42,212 nt of DNA, from positions 1-42,212 of IMG/VR virus record IMGVR_UViG_2695420595_000014. The stretch is one strand, 5' to 3'. Shown one piece after another: positions 37,365 to 42,212 of this stretch; within the stretch, counting starts at the first letter, position 1; each line of letters begins with the position of its first letter. The notes under the pieces are model-generated. The model had not been told where the DNA came from. It did not search any database and saw only the letters and a program-made list of their open reading frames with translations. This stretch comes from a virus. Lineage: Duplodnaviria; Heunggongvirae; Uroviricota; Caudoviricetes. The position numbers were made by a program, and so were the translations under genes.

Positions 37365-39602
37365 ATGACAGACATTACAGCCAATGTGATCGTATCGATG
37401 CCTTCGCAACTCTTCACTATGGCTCGTTCTTTTAAAGCCGTAGCCAATGGCAAAATTTATATCGGTAAAATTGACACTGACCCGGTAAATACTGAAAACC
37501 AGATTCAGGTTTATGTAGAGAACGAAGATGGTTCTCACGTTCCTGTTTCGCAACCAATCATCATTAACGCTGCTGGATATCCGGTATATAACGGACAGAT
37601 TGCCAAATTCGTAACCGTGCAAGGCCATTCTATGGCTGTTTATGATGCGTATGGTGCGCAGCAGTTCTATTTTTCGAATGTGCTGAAGTATGACCCTGAC
37701 CAACTCAGGCAAGATCTTGCATCTCAAGGAGGTGTTAATCTGGTAAACGGAGCTATCTCACAGGAAGATCTTGTTTTGCAGTCGATCACAAAAATTCCAA
37801 GTTATGATAATTCTAACGTAGTCCAGGCGTGGCGCGATAGTGTTGCGACCTACGGGTATGTTTACTTCTCTAATCATTCAAAAAATCAGATGGTGTACAC
37901 CGTACCGTCTACAGCTGCTAACGCTTCTTTCCTTGCGAACAGTAAAGTAATCATTGATAAAAATGTCACCCTGAGATTCGACAGTGATCTGTACTCACTG
38001 TTTAAATCGTTGCAGTACGAGGGGGAGGGTACGTTTGAATTTACGCACCTGAACTTTAAAGCAACCGGTGGAGAAGTGGATTATCTGGCTAAGCAGGCCA
38101 TCCTCAACCGAAACCCTATTCGCATGAAGCGAGTGGAATGGTCAGATTGTAAAGTTTATTCCATAAATGGTGACACGTTCTTCTATGAAGGTGAAGTCAC
38201 CATATCCTCAGATAGCGCAGCTATCTTCCCCTTAACTACTGACCGTACAACAGGCCTGTTCGCACCAATAGATATTGGAGAGCATATTTCTGCACATATT
38301 CGTATGGAATCTCAGGCCGCCTCAGAAGTTGGGATTGTTCTGCGATGCTCTGGTGGTTGGATGATGTTCTATGGGGCACCAGGTGCTACACAGTGGTCTT
38401 ATAGACAGAAACCAATTGGTGGTCCAGTAGCAGAAGGAACTCCATTCCCGCTGCCAGGAGGTTTACTGTCGTACGCCCCGGGCAAAGCAACCGTTGGCGT
38501 ATCACTGCAAGGTAAAAACTGGGCGCAGATAACGATGAATGGCGTTGGGATACGTTTGCCCTTTGATACTGCTGATGTAGGGGATGTATACGAAGTTGGG
38601 TTTGTTGCACTGACCACGGCATCTGGAGGTTCTGCGCGTGTAACTGGATTATGCAGCTACACCTCTGATAATGGCGTGCACGGTAAGCCTCCACTTAATA
38701 TCCTTATCCACGGTGATAGTACAGCTGAGGATTTCATTTCCGCGTTCAGCTCGTACATTCCGCAATTAATGGATGGAGCGAACGGCCACCGTTCACATAG
38801 CATTGTAAACAAGGCAGTTGCCGGACAGACAATGAGGCAACAGTTAGATCTCCTGAAGGCTCAGGGGCCGGGTGATGCTTACATCGTTATTATGGTTGCC
38901 GGAACTAACGAAGGGCAGGCAAACCAAAACGGCGATTATATGGCGTCATTGATAGATGAGTTTGTCTTATATTGCAATGGCCTTGGTCGTATCCCTGTTT
39001 GGGTTGAGCCGTGGATGTGGTATAGCCAGTCATTTATTGGAGGGGCTGGCCAGCCATCTTCTAACTACGACGGTGTCGCAGAGTTGCGAGAAGCTGGTAA
39101 ACGCCAGATGATGAAATATGGCAATAACGTCATTTGTGTAACAACAACTCACCAGCTCCCGGCCCCATATCCAGAGTATTTCAACACGCAATACGACCCA
39201 CTTCTGCGTGATGACATTCACCAAAGCCAGTTAGGGTATCGTCTGTATGCGGAAATTATCTGCTCTGCCATTATCGACTGGTGGTCGCGTGTTGATTACA
39301 CGCCAAGAGCAGCTGTTCAATGGTGGGCTGGAACAAACGTAACAGTACAGGCACCGTCAAGTTTAACTGCCAATTCAATTAATATTGAACTGGCAGCCAC
39401 TTCATTTGCGAATGGCAATACTGTTCTAACGCTTCCGAGGTGGTGCAGACCAAAAGTAACCAAAAATGTCCCTGTACCGTTCACTGCTGATGGCGTTTCA
39501 TTTGGCATGGCAATGGCCACCATTAATGCTTCAACAGGACAAATATCGATTGAAGGGTCCACCACTACATCTCCAACGTTCTACATAGATGCGACATGGT
39601 AG
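37365..39602 (+). CDS. Tailspike: P22-type head-binding N-domain plus receptor-binding part with SGNH-hydrolase (esterase) motifs (745 aa)
   Basis: First ~110 aa match the P22 tailspike head-binding domain; C-terminal region carries GDS(T) (nt 38712..38720), a later Gly block, GTNE and DDIH blocks in SGNH order. Confidence 0.8.
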   Translation: MTDITANVIVSMPSQLFTMARSFKAVANGKIYIGKIDTDPVNTENQIQVYVENEDGSHVPVSQPIIINAAGYPVYNGQIAKFVTVQGHSMAVYDAYGAQQFYFSNVLKYDPDQLRQDLASQGGVNLVNGAISQEDLVLQSITKIPSYDNSNVVQAWRDSVATYGYVYFSNHSKNQMVYTVPSTAANASFLANSKVIIDKNVTLRFDSDLYSLFKSLQYEGEGTFEFTHLNFKATGGEVDYLAKQAILNRNPIRMKRVEWSDCKVYSINGDTFFYEGEVTISSDSAAIFPLTTDRTTGLFAPIDIGEHISAHIRMESQAASEVGIVLRCSGGWMMFYGAPGATQWSYRQKPIGGPVAEGTPFPLPGGLLSYAPGKATVGVSLQGKNWAQITMNGVGIRLPFDTADVGDVYEVGFVALTTASGGSARVTGLCSYTSDNGVHGKPPLNILIHGDSTAEDFISAFSSYIPQLMDGANGHRSHSIVNKAVAGQTMRQQLDLLKAQGPGDAYIVIMVAGTNEGQANQNGDYMASLIDEFVLYCNGLGRIPVWVEPWMWYSQSFIGGAGQPSSNYDGVAELREAGKRQMMKYGNNVICVTTTHQLPAPYPEYFNTQYDPLLRDDIHQSQLGYRLYAEIICSAIIDWWSRVDYTPRAAVQWWAGTNVTVQAPSSLTANSINIELAATSFANGNTVLTLPRWCRPKVTKNVPVPFTADGVSFGMAMATINASTGQISIEGSTTTSPTFYIDATW

Positions 39603-39608
39603 TAAAAA

Positions 39609-39631
39609 CATGGAGGCAATACGCCTCCATG
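39609..39631. terminator. Hairpin between convergent tailspike and integrase genes (probable bidirectional terminator)
   Basis: catggaggc-aatac-gcctccatg; T run on the minus-strand side. Confidence 0.5.
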
Positions 39632-39810
39632 CTAATAACTCAAATGCTCTTAAAATACTCTTAAGGAGATGATCAGCGCTTTTATTAACATCAACCATCT
39701 ATGTGCGTTATAGGTTAATTATCTCCATGTGATGGCAGACAAAACTGAGACACACAAAGCTTTGCACTGGATTGCAAGGCTTTGTGCTCTTAGATAGTAG
39801 TTAAGGTGGA

Positions 39811-40968
39811 TCACTCCACCTTCCCATCAAGCCATTCCGCCCACCACTGCATCATTTCTCTGCGCTTATCTAGATACTGAGCATGGTTGTAAATCCCGCG
39901 CACAGATCCGCCGTTGGCATGTGCAAGTTGCACTTCAATAGCGTCAGCAGGCCATTCGTGCTCGTTCATAATCGTGCTGAATTCATGCCTGAATCCGTGA
40001 CCGCTTTCCAGACCCTCATAGCCGATTTGTTTAATCACAAGTAGCACCGCGTTCTCGCAGATTGGCTTCTTCTTATCGTTGCGTCCGGCAAAAACAAACT
40101 CTGATACTGGTTTGGTGATTGAGCTTAGCGTAGTGAGAAGTTCAACCACCTGGTCTGACATAGGAACCACATGAATTTTGCGTCCCTTCATCACACTGGC
40201 GTCGATAGTGATAATCCTGTTTTCAAAATCGACGTTCTTCCATTGCATGGAACGAAGCTCTTTCGTTCTTAGGGCTGTGTAGCGTAAAACTTTGGTCGCA
40301 ATGAGCGATACGATGCTTCCTGAAAATGTTGCCAGTGCTTTGTTGAATGCCGGGATCTGGTCTGCAGGAAGAAACGGGAAGTTCTTCTTGCGGTATCCTT
40401 TCATGGCGTCTGCAAGGTCAGGTGCCGGGTTATATTTAGCCCTACCAGTGACAATAGCGTAACGGAAAACCTCGCCGCATCTTCTGCGTGCTTTGTTGGC
40501 TCGCTCCATTGCGCCGCGATCTTCAAATCTGCGGATTACTTCCAGCAGTTGCATCGGCTCAATATCCTGAATTTCAAGGCCGCCGATGATAGGTAAAATG
40601 TCGTCATCAAACATTTTTGCAAGTTCAGTTGCATAGCCTACTGACCAGACTTGCTTCTTGTGCTCGTACCATTCCTTGTAAATCGCACTAAAGGAATTGT
40701 TGTTAGACGAAGCCTTTTTCGCTTTTACCGGATCGATGCCAACCGAGATGTCTTTCCTCGCAGTCCATGCTTTATCCCTTGCCTCCTGCAAAGTCATTAG
40801 CGGATATTTTCCTACGGTCAGGATTTTCTCCTTACCGTCAATCTTGTAGCGAAGCTGCCATACCTTTTTCCCTGACACAGGGACATAAAGGTACAGGCCA
40901 TTACCATCGAGTAGGCGGTATGGTTTTTCTTTCGGCTTTGCTGCTTCAATCTGCTTAACGGTGAGCAT
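39811..40968 (-). CDS. intS: Tyrosine integrase, P4-type (about 385 aa)
   Basis: Essentially matches IntS of CPS-53/KplE1 from memory; catalytic-domain R...HxxR...Y; adjacent to argW; start chosen at MLTVKQIEAAKPK. Confidence 0.9.
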   Translation of the reverse strand: MLTVKQIEAAKPKEKPYRLLDGNGLYLYVPVSGKKVWQLRYKIDGKEKILTVGKYPLMTLQEARDKAWTARKDISVGIDPVKAKKASSNNNSFSAIYKEWYEHKKQVWSVGYATELAKMFDDDILPIIGGLEIQDIEPMQLLEVIRRFEDRGAMERANKARRRCGEVFRYAIVTGRAKYNPAPDLADAMKGYRKKNFPFLPADQIPAFNKALATFSGSIVSLIATKVLRYTALRTKELRSMQWKNVDFENRIITIDASVMKGRKIHVVPMSDQVVELLTTLSSITKPVSEFVFAGRNDKKKPICENAVLLVIKQIGYEGLESGHGFRHEFSTIMNEHEWPADAIEVQLAHANGGSVRGIYNHAQYLDKRREMMQWWAEWLDGKVE

Positions 40969-41129
40969 GGGTAAAAATCCGGTGGGTAAAATTATTTTAT
41001 CCACTTTTTACCCGTCATGGAGTGCGGCTGTCAACGATCTGACGCGAACCATTACGAACTGTGAATCTACGGAAGGCTTGATATTCAGGGGATTTTGCGG
41101 ACTGGTACGGATGGGAGCGAACTGATAAA

Positions 41130-41204
41130 TGGTGTCCCCTGCAGGAATCGAACCTGCAATTAGCCCTTAGGAGGGGCTCGTTATATCCATTTAACTAAGA
41201 GGAC
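41130..41204 (-). tRNA. argW: tRNA-Arg (anticodon CCU)
   Basis: Reverse complement reads GTCCTCTTAGTTAAATGGATATAACGAGCCCCTCCTAAGGGCTAATTGCAGGTTCGATTCCTGCAGGGGACACCA; cloverleaf folds with anticodon CCU. Confidence 0.95.
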
Positions 41205-41279
41205 AATGCGGCATGAGTATACCCGCTAATGGACTGCGGGGTAAGTACGCTGCCGCTCGATTGCTTAAACCCTCGCCAT

Positions 41280-42212
41280 TTATGCTGGGTTTTTATCATT
41301 TTTCTTAATGTTTTCCGCACGTTCTGCTTTTTGGCGTGCTTCTGCTTTACGCTTGTTGCTCATGTCGTTACGAATCTGTGCATGACTCATTAACGCGAAG
41401 ATAAAGGTGCCGCCGCAGATGTTCCCCGCTAAAGTAGGTAGTGCGAAGGGCCAGATGAAATCGCTCCAGTGCAGCGTGCCGTTAAACACCAGATAGAGGA
41501 TTTCAACAGAACCGACAACGATGTGGGTGGTGTCACCCAGTGCAATAAGCCAGGTCATCAATATAATCACCACAATCTTTGCCGCACCCGCAGCAGGAAA
41601 CATCCAAACCATAGTGGCGATCAGCCAGCCGGAAATGATCGCGTTGGCAAACATCTCGCTGGGGGTGTTCTTCATCACATCCATGCCGATTTTGACAAAT
41701 GCATCGCGAGTTTCTTCATTGAAGATAGGCATATATTCAAATGCCCATGCAGCAATACCTGTCCCGAGAATATTACCCAGCAGCACGACGCCCCATAATC
41801 GCATAAGTAAGCCGACGTTGCTCATTGTCGGTTTTTGCATGACGGGTAGTACCGCAGTCACGGTGTTTTCGGTAAATAATTGCTGGCGGGCCATAATGAC
41901 GATAATAAAACCAAAGGTATAACCGAGATTCTCCAGTAAGAAGCTGCCTGGCACTCCTTCCAGTTCGACATGAAATATCCCTTTTGCCAGTAGCGAAGCG
42001 CCCATCGACAGACCCGCCGCAATGGCTGACCACAGTAGCGCCATTGCGTCGCGTTCCAGCTCTTTTTCACCATCCTGGCGGATATGCTCATGAATTGCCA
42101 TCGCCCGGGAGGGGAGTCGGTCTTCATCTATTTCTATTTTTTTGCCGCGCTCTTTTTCTTCGCTCTCAACTTCAATTTCGTCGCTGTGTTGATCAATTTT
42201 GTCGTTGTCCAT
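41280..42212 (-). CDS. yfdC: Inner-membrane protein, formate/nitrite transporter family (310 aa)
   Basis: Full-length ORF with multiple TM segments; matches E. coli YfdC from memory; start codon is the last three bases of the window. Confidence 0.8.
   Translation of the reverse strand: MDNDKIDQHSDEIEVESEEKERGKKIEIDEDRLPSRAMAIHEHIRQDGEKELERDAMALLWSAIAAGLSMGASLLAKGIFHVELEGVPGSFLLENLGYTFGFIIVIMARQQLFTENTVTAVLPVMQKPTMSNVGLLMRLWGVVLLGNILGTGIAAWAFEYMPIFNEETRDAFVKIGMDVMKNTPSEMFANAIISGWLIATMVWMFPAAGAAKIVVIILMTWLIALGDTTHIVVGSVEILYLVFNGTLHWSDFIWPFALPTLAGNICGGTFIFALMSHAQIRNDMSNKRKAEARQKAERAENIKKNDKNPA

Larger units (their letters stand above)
1690..41144. mobile_element. Integrated lambdoid P22/Sf6-like prophage at argW, bounded by a 15-nt direct repeat (attL/attR cores)
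   Basis: tggtgtcccctgcag at 1690..1704 is identical to the 3' end of tRNA-Arg at 41130..41144; integrase next to the tRNA, excisionase at the other end, complete set of phage modules between. Confidence 0.85.

Noticed and set aside
37281-37727. 148-aa minus-strand ORF
   Set aside because: Antisense to the tailspike N-terminal head-binding domain, which has unambiguous homology in the plus frame.
39603-39810. Possible O-antigen modification (gtrABC-type) genes between tailspike and integrase
   Set aside because: Only 208 bp of non-coding sequence with a hairpin separate the two genes; no such genes are present.
1-42212. Search for CRISPR arrays, reverse transcriptase or retron, and large ATPase/nuclease defence operons
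   Set aside because: No regularly spaced direct repeats, no ORF with RT, helicase-nuclease or large NTPase motifs outside the phage replication and packaging genes; any defence candidates here are small-protein modules.

Overview
This window is an apparently intact, roughly 39.5 kb mosaic lambdoid prophage of the P22/Sf6/HK620 type (short-tailed virion genes), integrated at the 3' end of tRNA-Arg (argW) between a sucrose permease gene (cscB-like, left) and yfdC (right). All homology statements are from reading the translations and from memory of the protein families; no database search was run. The prophage runs from a 15-nt attL core (1690..1704) to the identical attR core inside argW (41130..41144). 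It has a split recombination module of the KplE1/CPS-53 type: a torI-like excisionase at the left end and an intS-like integrase at the right end. Leftward early operon (minus strand): N antiterminator, several unknown genes, cIII-like and kil-like genes, a single-strand annealing protein, SSB, a DnaQ-like exonuclease, and about ten small unknown genes chained by ATGA overlaps. Immunity region: cI with a lambda-like C-terminal domain, cro, cII, and lambda-type nutL and nutR boxB hairpins. Rightward operon: O-like initiator with internal iterons, DnaB-like helicase, an unusual cassette of small membrane proteins and paralogous soluble proteins, then ninB, a Dam-like methyltransferase, ninE carrying an in-frame stop, ninF, a Rha-like regulator, ybcO, rusA, ninH and Q, followed by two tRNA genes. 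Late region: lambda-type S, R, Rz/Rz1 lysis genes, Sf6-like small and large terminase, portal, scaffold, coat, gp4/gp10/needle, gp14, three ejection proteins, two secreted/lipoprotein cargo genes, and a tailspike whose C-terminal part carries SGNH-hydrolase motifs. No multi-gene defence system with recognisable enzymatic domains (reverse transcriptase, large ATPase or nuclease, CRISPR, restriction enzyme) is present. The best candidates for undescribed biology are the small-protein cassette at 14.7-16.06 kb, the cargo pair at 36.2-37.1 kb, the esterase-type tailspike and the bipartite tRNA homology around torI.
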